Under the pieces are notes generated by a model. The model was not told the origin of the DNA and made no database searches. It saw only the letters and a list, made by a program, of their open reading frames with translations. 52,835 bases of DNA from Deferribacterales bacterium (lineage in GTDB: Bacteria; Chrysiogenota; Deferribacteres; Deferribacterales; Geovibrionaceae): contig JBFWJG010000009.1 in assembly GCA_050253335.1 (NCBI GenBank), positions 1 to 52,835 of the forward strand, read 5' to 3'. Positions within the stretch are counted from its first letter, which is position 1, and every line of letters begins with the position of its first letter. Made by a program: the position numbers and the translations under genes. Positions 19,353 through 30,778 of this stretch are shown in pieces.

Positions 19353-20531
19353 TTAATTTGTTTTCAGTTTCAGGGAAACCACACACTCCACATGATGAGT
19401 TCCGGGGAACATATCTATGATGCTGAAGTCTTTTATATGATAAAGTTCCTGAAGCTTGGCGATGTCCCTCGCAAGAGTTGTCGGATTGCAGGAAACATAT
19501 GTGACAGTCGCGGGCTTTTTGTCCTTTATGAAATAGATCACGCTTTTCTCAAGCCCAGTGCGCGGAGGATCGGCAAGGAGGTGGTCAAACCTTCCTTTGC
19601 AGGTTTTGAGGAACTTAGTGACATCTCCGGCCGCCCATCTCACATTAGCCAGTTCCAGCTTCTGCCCGAGTCTGATAGCATCCTTTGATATCTCGACACC
19701 CGTAACGGAGCGGAAACTGCCCGCAAGACCCACAGTGAAGAAACCGCTTCCGCAGTAAAGCTCAAGCGCATTTACGCCCACAGAGCCGTGAACTGCCTTT
19801 TTCTGAAGCTCGCCCATGAGGAATCTGTTGCTCTGAAGGAAGCTGTCACCGCCTATGAGAACCGTTCCGCAGGGTGTGTCCATCTCCATGTACTCTTCGC
19901 CGATCACAAAGTCTTTTCCTGTGATGCCGTCAAATGCCACGAATTTGATATCGTCGGAATCCATCCCCTTCACGGAGGCGAGGAAACCGCCTTTTCCGTT
20001 TTCAACGGCATAGAGTTCATATATCTCATCCGCGGGATTTGCCTCAGCAAACTCACGGCACTTGGCGACAAGAGTTTCGCTGACCAGCGGACAGTCCCCG
20101 ACCTCGATGAAGTCACGGCTTTTGAAACCGTAAAAACCGAGCTTCCCGTTCTTAACCTTGAAAGTCACTCTGTTTCTGTAGCGGAGCTTCTCACCGGACA
20201 TCACTTCCGTGGGCACGCTGCATTTTATATTTCTGAAAGCCTGACGGACTATCCTTGCCTTTATCTCTTTCTGCGCCTCATAATCTATGTGCCCGAAGGA
20301 GCATCCGCCGCATACGCCGATATGCGAACAGTATTTTTCTCCTCTTTTGGATGAAGGCGTAACAACCTCCACAAGGGCTGCGTATATAAAGTTCTTTTTA
20401 TCTTCGGTCATTTCGGCAATTACCTTGTCGCCCTCTACTGTAAAGGGTATGAAGGCCGTCCTTCCGTCCGTGAATGTTCCAATGCCGTAACCGCCGTATG
20501 CCGTGTCTCTTATCTCTGTTTCAAAGCGCAC
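19353..20531 (-). CDS. TrmA/RlmD-family RNA (uracil-5)-methyltransferase
   Basis: TRAM domain; CSHIGVCGGC Fe-S motif; ELYCGSG, DPPRTGL, YVSCNPTTLARD, DMFPGTHHVE. Confidence 0.92.
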   Translation of the reverse strand: MRFETEIRDTAYGGYGIGTFTDGRTAFIPFTVEGDKVIAEMTEDKKNFIYAALVEVVTPSSKRGEKYCSHIGVCGGCSFGHIDYEAQKEIKARIVRQAFRNIKCSVPTEVMSGEKLRYRNRVTFKVKNGKLGFYGFKSRDFIEVGDCPLVSETLVAKCREFAEANPADEIYELYAVENGKGGFLASVKGMDSDDIKFVAFDGITGKDFVIGEEYMEMDTPCGTVLIGGDSFLQSNRFLMGELQKKAVHGSVGVNALELYCGSGFFTVGLAGSFRSVTGVEISKDAIRLGQKLELANVRWAAGDVTKFLKTCKGRFDHLLADPPRTGLEKSVIYFIKDKKPATVTYVSCNPTTLARDIAKLQELYHIKDFSIIDMFPGTHHVECVVSLKLKTN

Positions 20532-21231
20532 CTGTTATTCTCCTCATCTCTTCTGTATATTCGCCGTTAATTCTCATTATAAGCGGCGGTTCAATTATCA
20601 GCTCCGCCTTTCCGTCTCTTCTGAACTCTATCAATGCCGTTCTAGCCACTGTCTGCCCGTCCGGATGGACAAGGCGCATCCTCTTGGGTTCAAGCCTGTT
20701 TTTTCTCGCCGTGACAAAAACATCCGCCAGAAGGTCGCTGTCTATGCAGATAGACAGGCTCCCGCCGGATTTCAGGAAGCTTTTGCAGAACCCGAACAGA
20801 TCATCCAGATTCATTGTCTCATTAAATCTTGCTGTTCTCTCTGTGAGCGTAGGGGGAATTTTGCCGGAGCTTTCCTTTCTGTAAGGAGGGTTGCAGACCG
20901 CCGCGTCATAATGAAACTCCGGTCTGTAGCTTCGCAGATCACCCAAAACAGGCTTAACAACCCCTTCCAGCCCGTTTTTCTGCACGGTTTCACTCAGACA
21001 GGAAAACATACTCTCCTGAAGCTCAAGGGCATCTATATCAGTATAGCCTTTAACTTTAGCAAGAAGCGCGGCGATAACACCGCTTCCGCTGCCTATGTCT
21101 ATGGTTTTTGATTTTGCGGACGGACGCACGAAATCTGCCAGCATGACAGCATCCACGGAAAAGCGGAAGCCCTCTTCCGGCTGGCATATGACAATGTCAC
21201 TGCGGACTATGGAATCGTAGGTTTTGTTCAT
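20521..21231 (-). CDS. tRNA1(Val) adenine-N6-methyltransferase family (YfiC/TrmN6-like)
   Basis: GFRFSVDAVMLA, DIGSGSG, NPPY. Confidence 0.85.
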   Translation of the reverse strand: MNKTYDSIVRSDIVICQPEEGFRFSVDAVMLADFVRPSAKSKTIDIGSGSGVIAALLAKVKGYTDIDALELQESMFSCLSETVQKNGLEGVVKPVLGDLRSYRPEFHYDAAVCNPPYRKESSGKIPPTLTERTARFNETMNLDDLFGFCKSFLKSGGSLSICIDSDLLADVFVTARKNRLEPKRMRLVHPDGQTVARTALIEFRRDGKAELIIEPPLIMRINGEYTEEMRRITGAL

Positions 21232-21291
21232 TGATGTATATTAGTGCAAATAACAGCAAACAGGAAATAAAATTATAAAAGAAGCTGAATT

Positions 21292-21321
21292 AAAAAGGGG
21301 CGGTGTGTGCCGCCCCTTTTT
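21292..21321. terminator. Terminator of the atp operon
   Basis: AAAAAGGGGCGG...CCGCCCCTTTTT. Confidence 0.85.
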
Positions 21322-21324
21322 CTA

Positions 21325-21741
21325 TTACTTATATTTTTCAGCAATCTGAATTTTGGTGAGCTCGACTTTAAGTCTTGCTTCCATGTTTCTGAAGTTCTGC
21401 GCATCCTGCTGACGCTCGTTTTTCAGAGCGCTTTCAGCCTGAAGCTTGCGTTCGATGGCTTCCTGAAGGTTAATTTCACGGCCAAGCTCAGCGGCATCGG
21501 CGAGAACAATAACCTTGTCGGAGCTGATCTCGATGAGACCGCCTCCTTCAATAGCGACATATTCGTTTTTGCCGCCTTTCCTGTACGTCATTTCGCCGAC
21601 GCGCAGAGCGGAGAGAAGCGGAGTGTGGCCGGGCAGAACGCCGAGGTCGCCCTCAACACCCGGAACAATGACTTCTTCCACGTCTTCGCTGAGAAGCAGA
21701 CGCTCAGGAGTAACCAGTTCAAGCCTTATCATATCAGCCAT
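21325..21741 (-). CDS. atpC: ATP synthase F1 epsilon
   Basis: LELVTPER, GDLGVLPGHTP. Confidence 0.96.
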   Translation of the reverse strand: MADMIRLELVTPERLLLSEDVEEVIVPGVEGDLGVLPGHTPLLSALRVGEMTYRKGGKNEYVAIEGGGLIEISSDKVIVLADAAELGREINLQEAIERKLQAESALKNERQQDAQNFRNMEARLKVELTKIQIAEKYK

Positions 21742-21743
21742 GA

Positions 21744-23333
<1,590 letters not shown>

Positions 23334-23347
23334 CTATCTGTACCTTG

Positions 23348-23392
23348 TTAGCCGTTGAGAGCCTCAGCACCGTTTACGATGTCAAGAATCTC
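23348..23392 (-). repeat. Exact 45-bp duplicate of the atpG 3' end (copy of 23497-23541)
   Basis: TTAGCCGTTGAGAGCCTCAGCACCGTTTACGATGTCAAGAATCTC occurs twice, 149 bp apart. Confidence 0.95.
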
Positions 23393-23403
23393 CTGTTTTG
23401 CCG

Positions 23404-23496
23404 GCACAAAAACAACGTCCTGTGTTTTTGTGCTACACGCTCGCGCCGTGCTAAACACGGCTTCGCTGCGCACGGCGAAGGTACATCCTGTACCTT
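23404..23496. repeat. Dispersed structured repeat (hairpin-core-hairpin), same family as 45365-45632
   Basis: 44-bp core 41/44 identical to the array unit; flanking hairpins GCACAAAAAC...GTTTTTGTGC and AAGGTAC-ATCCT-GTACCTT. Confidence 0.85.
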
Positions 23497-24354
23497 TTAG
23501 CCGTTGAGAGCCTCAGCACCGTTTACGATGTCAAGAATCTCATTGGTGATTGCAGCCTGACGCGCCTTGTTGTAAGTCAGCGTCAGTTTGCCGATCATGT
23601 CGGATGCGTTTCTGGACGCGTTGTCCATAGCCATCATCCTTGCACCGTGCTCACCCGCTGTGGATTCAAGCAGAGCCTGAAAAATCTTATAACGGATGTA
23701 TCTGGGCATAAGCTCGTTCAGGAGCATTTCAGGCTTCGGCTCGTAGATGTACTCCACAAGCTGTTCGCCCGCAGCCTCAATTTTCAGCGGAAGCAGTTTT
23801 TCCGTAACCGGTGTCTGGGATGCTGTTGATCTGAACTCGTTATAGAGCACATAAACATCGCTTATACCGTTATTAAGGAACTGCTCCACAACCACATCGG
23901 CTACGCCGACTGCATCGCTGAAGAGAACCTTGCCTGCGAAATCGGCATATTTCTCAATTATTTCAAAGTCTCTTTTTCTGAAAAACTCGTATGCTTTCTT
24001 GCCTATGCAGACAAGCTTGACCTTTTTTCCGGGATGCTCGGAAGCAAACCGGGAAACTGCTTTCAGAATGTTGTTGTTGAAAGCTCCGCAAAGTCCTCTG
24101 TCACTCGTAACGACTATGAGGCCTATGGCGTCCGTATTTTCATTACCGGCGAGAAACGGGTGAAGCTCGGGATTGGCTCTCTGAGCCACATCGTGAACCA
24201 TCTCCGTAATCTTGCGGGCAAAGGGTCTCGCGGCAGCCATAGCGTCCTGCGCACGGCGCATTTTCGCAGCGGAAACCATTTTCATGGCTTTCGTGATTTT
24301 CTGCGTGTTCTTTACGGATGCTATTTTGCGTTTTATATCACTGGTTCCGGCCAT
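23497..24354 (-). CDS. atpG: ATP synthase F1 gamma
   Basis: KITKAMKMVSAAK, DRGLCGAFN, YNKARQAAITNEI. Confidence 0.97.
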   Translation of the reverse strand: MAGTSDIKRKIASVKNTQKITKAMKMVSAAKMRRAQDAMAAARPFARKITEMVHDVAQRANPELHPFLAGNENTDAIGLIVVTSDRGLCGAFNNNILKAVSRFASEHPGKKVKLVCIGKKAYEFFRKRDFEIIEKYADFAGKVLFSDAVGVADVVVEQFLNNGISDVYVLYNEFRSTASQTPVTEKLLPLKIEAAGEQLVEYIYEPKPEMLLNELMPRYIRYKIFQALLESTAGEHGARMMAMDNASRNASDMIGKLTLTYNKARQAAITNEILDIVNGAEALNG

Positions 24355-24365
24355 CTAAAAGCTCC

Positions 24366-25877
24366 TTAGCCAGCGGCGAACATCTTTTTAAATTCTTCAA
24401 CTGCGCCTTTAAGCTTATCAGTAAGCTCGTTTGAAAGAGCTTTTTCTGTTCTTATGCTGTTAAGTATGTCGCCTTTGCTGTTTTTGAGGAAGGAGATAAA
24501 TTCCTTCTCAAATTTGCCGAGAGCGGCAGTGGGTACATCGTCAAGCAGACCGTTAACACCGCAGAAGATGACTGCAACCTGCTCCTCAACGGGAACGGGT
24601 ACATACTGAGCCTGTTTGAGGATTTCAACAAGCTTCTCACCTCTTTTAAGCTGTGCCTGAGTAGCCGCGTCAAGGTCAGAACCGAACTGTGCGAATGCCG
24701 CAAGTTCACGGAACTGTGCAAGGTCAAGCCTGAGACGGCCTGCAACCTGCTTCATAGCCTTGATCTGCGCGGAACCGCCAACCCTTGAAACTGAGAGACC
24801 AACGTTAACCGCGGGTCTGATACCTGAGTAGAACAGGTTTGTTTCAAGGTAGATCTGTCCGTCCGTAATTGAAATAACGTTTGTGGGAATGTACGCCGAA
24901 ACGTCGCCCGCCTGAGTTTCAATTATGGGAAGAGCCGTAAGAGAGCCTGCGCCTTTTTCCTTGCTGAATTTTGCCGCCCTTTCAAGAAGCCTTGAGTGAA
25001 GGTAGAAAACGTCGCCGGGGTAAGCCTCACGTCCGGGAGGACGTCTCAGGAGAAGTGACATCTGCCTGTAGGCTGTTGCCTGTTTGGAAAGGTCATCATA
25101 TATAAGAAGCGCGTGCTCGCCTCTGTCTCTGAAGTATTCGCCCATTGTAGTTCCCGCAAGAGGTGCGATGAACTGAAGAGGAGCGGGGTCGGAAGCTGTC
25201 GCAGCCACAACGATGGTGTAATCCATGGCGCCGTGTTTCTCAAGAGTGTCAACCACCCTTGCAACTGTTGAGCGTTTCTGACCGATAGCCACGTAAACGC
25301 ATATAACGTTCTGGCCTTTCTGGTTGATGATGGTATCTATCGCGACTGCTGTTTTACCAGTCTGACGGTCGCCGATGATAAGCTCCCTCTGTCCGCGTCC
25401 GATGGGGATCATTGCATCAATTGCTTTGATACCTGTCTGGAGGGGTTCGTGAACTGACTGCCTGTCAACGATACCGGGGGCAATTTTCTCGATAACGTCC
25501 ATCTCTGTCGTTTCGATGGGTCCTTTGCCGTCAATGGGCTGTCCGAGGGGGTTAACAACCCTGCCTACAAGAGCTCTGCCCACGGGAACAGATGCGATCT
25601 GTCCGGTACGCTTTACTGTATCTCCTTCACGGATGTGTGAGTACTCACCCATGATAACGATACCGACATTGTCTTCCTCAAGGTTGAAAACAATACCGTA
25701 TACTCCGCCGGGAAACTCAACAAGCTCTCCGGCCATAGCCTTATCAAGACCGTAAACTTTTGCGATACCGTCACCTGCTGTGATTACGGTACCGACCTCC
25801 TGCATTTCTACTTTCTGGTCAAAGTTTTTGATCTGGTCTCTGATGATCTGGCTTATCTCTTCAGCTTTGATCTGCAT
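24366..25877 (-). CDS. atpA: ATP synthase F1 alpha
   Basis: [29 protein letters not shown]. Confidence 0.98.
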   Translation of the reverse strand: MQIKAEEISQIIRDQIKNFDQKVEMQEVGTVITAGDGIAKVYGLDKAMAGELVEFPGGVYGIVFNLEEDNVGIVIMGEYSHIREGDTVKRTGQIASVPVGRALVGRVVNPLGQPIDGKGPIETTEMDVIEKIAPGIVDRQSVHEPLQTGIKAIDAMIPIGRGQRELIIGDRQTGKTAVAIDTIINQKGQNVICVYVAIGQKRSTVARVVDTLEKHGAMDYTIVVAATASDPAPLQFIAPLAGTTMGEYFRDRGEHALLIYDDLSKQATAYRQMSLLLRRPPGREAYPGDVFYLHSRLLERAAKFSKEKGAGSLTALPIIETQAGDVSAYIPTNVISITDGQIYLETNLFYSGIRPAVNVGLSVSRVGGSAQIKAMKQVAGRLRLDLAQFRELAAFAQFGSDLDAATQAQLKRGEKLVEILKQAQYVPVPVEEQVAVIFCGVNGLLDDVPTAALGKFEKEFISFLKNSKGDILNSIRTEKALSNELTDKLKGAVEEFKKMFAAG

Positions 25878-25909
25878 CAGCCAAACTCCTTATTATAGTT
25901 CTTGTATTC

Positions 25910-26449
25910 TTATGAGATCAGACGATCTCTGATTTTATTAATCTGTCCTTTGATGCTGGCATCGTAAAGCGTGCTGCCTACTTTTGCCACCACACCGCCG
26001 AGGATGCTTTTGTCCACTGTGACAACCGCGGTAATCTTTTTGCCTGTGATTTTGCTGAGCGCTTCTTCAAGGCTTTTCACTGCATCACCGCTAAGCTCAG
26101 CAGCGGAAGTAACCTCAGCCACAGCTTCGCCTTTTTCTTCCATTGCGAGTGTTTTAAGATAACCTGTGATTTCGTCAAGGAGCTCAAGCCTGTTTTTCAT
26201 GGCAAGCATAACGAGAAAGGAAGAGGTGAATCCGTCTAGCACTCCTTTATCGTTAAGGCTTCTGATTACAGTCGCTTTGTCTTCCTTGGAGATAACGGGG
26301 TTTTTGACAAAAACGCCGAAGTCTTTTGAGTCGCCTGAAAGCGCGGTTACCGCATCCAGCTTTTCTATAACGGAAGAAAGGCTGCCTGCTGCTCTGGCTT
26401 CTTCATAAAGGGCTGAGGCGTAGCGTCTTGCTGCTACCTGTGTTCTCAC
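25910..26449 (-). CDS. atpH: ATP synthase F1 delta
   Basis: ARRYASAL, DKSILGGVV, YDASIK. Confidence 0.94.
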   Translation of the reverse strand: MRTQVAARRYASALYEEARAAGSLSSVIEKLDAVTALSGDSKDFGVFVKNPVISKEDKATVIRSLNDKGVLDGFTSSFLVMLAMKNRLELLDEITGYLKTLAMEEKGEAVAEVTSAAELSGDAVKSLEEALSKITGKKITAVVTVDKSILGGVVAKVGSTLYDASIKGQINKIRDRLIS

Positions 26450-27021
26450 CTGCTCACTCCTAATTTCTTTATGTAATTGCCGAGAATCTCGCTCTGCCTC
26501 TCAGCGGTCAGTTCCTGACCGATTTTGGTCTGGGCAGCTGCAAGAGCGGCAAGAACCGCCTGTTTTTTAAGCTCTTCGGAGGCTTTTTTGTAGTCAGCCT
26601 GAATTCTGCTTTCAGCGAGACGTCCGAGTTTCTCAATTTGTCTTTCGGCGTCTTCGATGATGGCTTTCTTTTCGTTTTCGGCTGCTTCAAGCGCTCTCTG
26701 CTTCATGGTTTCAAGATCTTTCTCAAAGCCTTTCATCTTCAGCTTGTAGCTTTCGATCTCGGTTTTTGCTGTTTCGTTTGCTTCCTTAGCTGTCTGGATT
26801 GACTTCTCGATGTCTTTTGATCTTTTGTCAAGAAACTCAAGAATAGGTTTTTTAAGAAGCTTGAAAAGAATGATGACAAACAGAACAAAAACCAGAACCC
26901 TGTAGCCGAAGTTTTTGAACATTGCGCCCATGTCTACGGTTCCGTGACCGTCTACGGCCGCGAAAGCGCTGAGTGAAACTGCCGCGAGGATTAATGTTAA
27001 ATAGAGTTTTCTCACTGCCAT
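26446..27021 (-). CDS. atpF: ATP synthase F0 subunit b
   Basis: N-terminal hydrophobic leader and TM, KPILEFLDKR, coiled coil; operon position. Confidence 0.88.
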   Translation of the reverse strand: MAVRKLYLTLILAAVSLSAFAAVDGHGTVDMGAMFKNFGYRVLVFVLFVIILFKLLKKPILEFLDKRSKDIEKSIQTAKEANETAKTEIESYKLKMKGFEKDLETMKQRALEAAENEKKAIIEDAERQIEKLGRLAESRIQADYKKASEELKKQAVLAALAAAQTKIGQELTAERQSEILGNYIKKLGVSR

Positions 27022-27025
27022 CCCC

Positions 27026-27448
27026 CTACGCAGACTTAAGAATTTTCTGAACTATCAGATCGGAGAGTTCGCCGATCGTAGCGTCCATGTTTTTAGCTGC
27101 CGCTTCTTTTTCGCTCTCAAGTTTAAGCAGCGCAGCTTCAACCTTTGCGTCCACCTCTGCTTTTGCCTGAGCGACTTTCGCCGCGGCATCCTTGGAGGCT
27201 TCCTCTCTGATTTTTCTCTGATATTCAGCCATTTCGGCTCTCATCGCATCCATCTTCTCTGCGTAGCTTTTTCTGCCCGCCTCAACCTCAGCGCGGAGAC
27301 CCTCAGCCTCGTCCGTAAGGGACTTGATGCGTGAATCTCTGGACTGGATGGTTTTGAGCGTGGGGTCAAGAATCAGTTTTTTGCTGATGAAGATGATGAG
27401 AAGAAACTGAATGATCTGAATAACGATAGTAAAGTCAACGTATACCAT
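27026..27448 (-). CDS. ATP synthase F0 subunit b'
   Basis: Single N-terminal TM (QIIQFL...LILDP) plus coiled coil; first gene of the operon. Confidence 0.88.
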   Translation of the reverse strand: MVYVDFTIVIQIIQFLLIIFISKKLILDPTLKTIQSRDSRIKSLTDEAEGLRAEVEAGRKSYAEKMDAMRAEMAEYQRKIREEASKDAAAKVAQAKAEVDAKVEAALLKLESEKEAAAKNMDATIGELSDLIVQKILKSA

Positions 27449-27680
27449 TAATGACCTCTGCTTGATTAAAGACTGCTGCGTTTGTACTCCCGGCAGGCTC
27501 CAAAAATATCAGGACGCCGAAAAACGGCAGTCCTTCAACGGAAACCCCTGCGGGCGTCAAAACCGACATATACCGGCCGGAAAGAAAAGCCGGTCACAAC
27601 TGGTTTAAGTTTGGCTAAAACCTTTGCGTGAAGCGGAACGCAGTACATTCAGAACTGTATACAGTGTACAGTCAGGAAGG

Positions 27681-27709
27681 AAGTTATCAAAACTTGTTTC
27701 CCTTGTCAA
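27681..27709 (-). promoter_or_regulatory. Sigma70 promoter of the atp operon
   Basis: TTGACA-N17-TAACTT with extended -10 TG. Confidence 0.55.
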
Positions 27710-27896
27710 TACAATTTATTACGCATTAATACAGCGTTCTGTACGCATTTTTCCGCATAATCACCGCATTCGGTATTACGATATGCTTGTACACTTTTTA
27801 CCATGTTAAATCAAGAACTCAGTTTCCATGAAAATGAAATCAACTTTATTAATACATCATTATGCATTATAATAAATTATTATTTCATAAGGGTGG

Positions 27897-29084
27897 ATGA
27901 TGGCAGATAAAACCATTGAGTATTATTCTGAAAGTTTGAGTCCTATAATCAGGGGCATCCTCAAGCAGATGTCCGAGAAGAAAATAAGCCTTACAGACAA
28001 AACACTGAATGAAGCACTTGTGGAAAATGAAGATTTCAACAGGCTGTTTCAGTCCACATGCAGACCTGTCTACAAAACATCAATAACAAACAGAATGCTC
28101 CCCTACATCGACAGCCTCAAGGGATATGTCAGCGACAGGGAACTCGCCGAGGTTTTCTCCATGATCAACGGAGAAGCGGATATAGAAGACATCACCGACG
28201 CTTTTCTCGGCGCCATGTCAAAACAGCTTATCAAAAACGACAAACGGCTCTCCACCCTTACGGAGTTTGTGGAATCGCTCTTCAAGAAGGTTCTCTCAAC
28301 GCAGGACAAAATGTCCGATAACCTTGAGGACAACATACGCTTCGTTGAAGAGGATATAAATCAGGACAGGGAACTGATGAGCAACGCAGAAGAGATAGAG
28401 CAGATTCTGCGTGAAGAGGGGATCGTTTTCCCCGGAAAGCCGTTCACCAAGTTCATGGAGGCTTTCGATTCCAAACTGGCCGGAAAGAAAGACAAACTGG
28501 AGAGCATGACCGAAAGCTATTCAAAAATAGAAACCGAACTCACGGAATACAAAAAAGAAGTAGCCCAGCTTAATGAGAACATACGAAAATACAGGCAGGA
28601 AACAATAACAGACCACCTCACTGGGCTCAACAACCGCAAATATATGGACATCAAGCTGGCTGAAGAGATAGTCCGCTTCGGAAGACACGGCCAGCCGTTC
28701 TGTATTCTCCTCATGGACATAGATAATTTCAAAAAGATTAACGATGTCTACGGCCATATAGTGGGTGATCAGGTCATAAAACATCTGGGCGGAGTGGTTA
28801 AGGCTCATGTGCGCAAGTCAGATTTTTCGTTCAGATACGGCGGCGAGGAATTCCTCGTTCTTCTCCTTAATACCGATATCGAAAACGCAGTCCGCATCGC
28901 CGAACAGATAAGAAGCAAAGTGGAGACGACCAACTTCACCCTCAAGGACAAAACCTTCGTCATCACGGTGACCATAGGCGTGGCTCAGTATATGGAAGGG
29001 GAAAGTGTTGAATCACTCCTTGAGAGGGCAGACAAAAATCTCTACAACGGCAAGCGCTTCGGAAAAAACAGAGTGGTGGGCTGA
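27897..29084 (+). CDS. Soluble diguanylate cyclase (coiled coil + GGDEF)
   Basis: DHLTGLNNR, DIDNFKKINDVYGH, RKSD I-site, RYGGEEF. Confidence 0.92.
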   Translation: MMADKTIEYYSESLSPIIRGILKQMSEKKISLTDKTLNEALVENEDFNRLFQSTCRPVYKTSITNRMLPYIDSLKGYVSDRELAEVFSMINGEADIEDITDAFLGAMSKQLIKNDKRLSTLTEFVESLFKKVLSTQDKMSDNLEDNIRFVEEDINQDRELMSNAEEIEQILREEGIVFPGKPFTKFMEAFDSKLAGKKDKLESMTESYSKIETELTEYKKEVAQLNENIRKYRQETITDHLTGLNNRKYMDIKLAEEIVRFGRHGQPFCILLMDIDNFKKINDVYGHIVGDQVIKHLGGVVKAHVRKSDFSFRYGGEEFLVLLLNTDIENAVRIAEQIRSKVETTNFTLKDKTFVITVTIGVAQYMEGESVESLLERADKNLYNGKRFGKNRVVG

Positions 29085-29090
29085 GGGGGC

Positions 29091-29903
29091 CTACCCTATC
29101 TCAAACCCGTCATAGGAGCAGATTGTGGAGGGGAATACTTTTTTTGCCGCCTCAAACATGGCGTCAAGCTCCGCATCCTTGTAGTCAGGGTTGTGGTGGT
29201 AGAGGACAAGATTTTTTATGCCCGCCTTCCGCGCGAATTCGGCGCCTTTGATATAAGTTGAGTGCCCCCAGCCTTTTTTGGCTGTGCCGTCTCTTTTCCC
29301 TTCGTAGTCCTCAGGGGTGTATGTGGTGTCAAAAACCAGATAATCGCACCCGCCGCCGAACTCTATCAGAAAATCATCCCGCTCTGTTCCATGCTCAAAA
29401 TCAGTGGCGAAAAGCGTTGTCGTGTCTCCGTCCTTTATTTTGTACATAAGCGCGCCGTCCGGATGGTTCCCCTCCGCCGCGAAAACGGTTATATCACCGA
29501 AAACAAAGTGCTGTCCGCCTCTGATAAGGTTAAAGCGGATGTTGGATTTCAGCATTGTGCGCGGAATAGGAAAAAAAGGCGGATTAAAAAGAACCTTCAG
29601 AAAGTCTTTCGAGGTAAGGGTGCTTTTGTCTTCAAGGTAAAGAAAAATATGCTTGCCCGGGGTGTAAAAAGGTCTGAAAAGAGGAAGACCGCAGATGTGA
29701 TCCCAGTGAAGATGAGTAAGAAAGATATGATATTCTTCAAAATCCCCCATCCCGTTGAGGTTGTATATGCCTGTTCCGCCGTCCAGAACTATGCATCTTT
29801 TTTCATCAGCAGGGATAATAAGACAGGCTGTGTTTCCCCCGTATTTGGAGAAATCAGGCCCGGAGACCGATATTGTACCTCTCGTTCCGAGAAAGCGAAT
29901 CAT
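29091..29903 (-). CDS. MBL-fold metallo-hydrolase (RNase Z/phosphodiesterase-like)
   Basis: FLGTRG, YGGNT, THLHWDH, WGHS, LYHHNP. Confidence 0.88.
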   Translation of the reverse strand: MIRFLGTRGTISVSGPDFSKYGGNTACLIIPADEKRCIVLDGGTGIYNLNGMGDFEEYHIFLTHLHWDHICGLPLFRPFYTPGKHIFLYLEDKSTLTSKDFLKVLFNPPFFPIPRTMLKSNIRFNLIRGGQHFVFGDITVFAAEGNHPDGALMYKIKDGDTTTLFATDFEHGTERDDFLIEFGGGCDYLVFDTTYTPEDYEGKRDGTAKKGWGHSTYIKGAEFARKAGIKNLVLYHHNPDYKDAELDAMFEAAKKVFPSTICSYDGFEIG

Positions 29904-30709
29904 TAGAACCTCTTAACAAGCTCAACCCTGTTTCCGACATCGTTATAAGAGACATCGTCAAAATACATCCTTGTAATAAGGATACCACGTCCGTGCAGTT
30001 TGAAAAGCCCTTCCTGCATGGTAGGGTCGGGAATATCATCAACCTTGAATCCATCCCCCTGATCTTCAATGGAGATTCTGACAAACTCCTGATTTATACA
30101 GAAGCTGAAAGTCACTTTCTTGTCTTTGTATTTATCGTCCTTCAGCCTTTCCTCAATGAGACCGTAGTATGTTCCGTTCTCCGTTGCCTCCAGCTTCTGG
30201 TCGCCAGAGATGGAAAGGTTGCCGTGCTCTATGGCGTTTGTGATCATTTCAGCAAGGCCGATTCTTATCTTCTCAAGGGAGTTGAAATCCAGAAAATAGA
30301 TAAATTCCTTGGTGAGTATGTAAACTATGCGTTCAACATTAAAAATATCATTGGAAATGCTGAAGGTTTTTTCTATGGAAAAAGGGCGGACAGAGGAGAT
30401 GCTGTTTTCAAGATTACCGTTATGGCACACTGCATCAACAAGATAGCGAAGCTGCACACTGTCAAAGCTTTCGTCCACAGCAAAAACACCTTCGGGAAGG
30501 TCGCCTCTTTTACCGATAAAACAGAGCGGGACATCCTCCCGAAAACCCTTTACCGTATCGAAACAATCCGTTATGAATACAATGACGGAAACATCGAGCT
30601 CGCATTTTTCATCCCTGAAGTTAATCAGGGTGAAGCGCTCAGCCGAGCAGAAATCCGCCAGACGTGCTAAGAAACTGTTATCATTGATAAAACAGGCTAT
30701 TTTCTTCAT
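29903..30709 (-). CDS. RsbW-like ATP-binding protein (HATPase_c_2, putative Ser kinase/anti-sigma factor)
   Basis: EMITNAIEHGN, DQGDGF, HGRGI, no H-box; TAATG coupling to the MBL gene. Confidence 0.8.
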   Translation of the reverse strand: MKKIACFINDNSFLARLADFCSAERFTLINFRDEKCELDVSVIVFITDCFDTVKGFREDVPLCFIGKRGDLPEGVFAVDESFDSVQLRYLVDAVCHNGNLENSISSVRPFSIEKTFSISNDIFNVERIVYILTKEFIYFLDFNSLEKIRIGLAEMITNAIEHGNLSISGDQKLEATENGTYYGLIEERLKDDKYKDKKVTFSFCINQEFVRISIEDQGDGFKVDDIPDPTMQEGLFKLHGRGILITRMYFDDVSYNDVGNRVELVKRF

Positions 30710-30778
30710 GTAGCGATTATAGCACAGTTTTTTTAAAAATAAATACAATAATACTTACAAAGCATAACGGAGTATGCC

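Noticed and set aside
23348..23541. DGR template/variable repeat pair
   Set aside because: Copies are identical with no adenine-specific differences and no reverse transcriptase in the window
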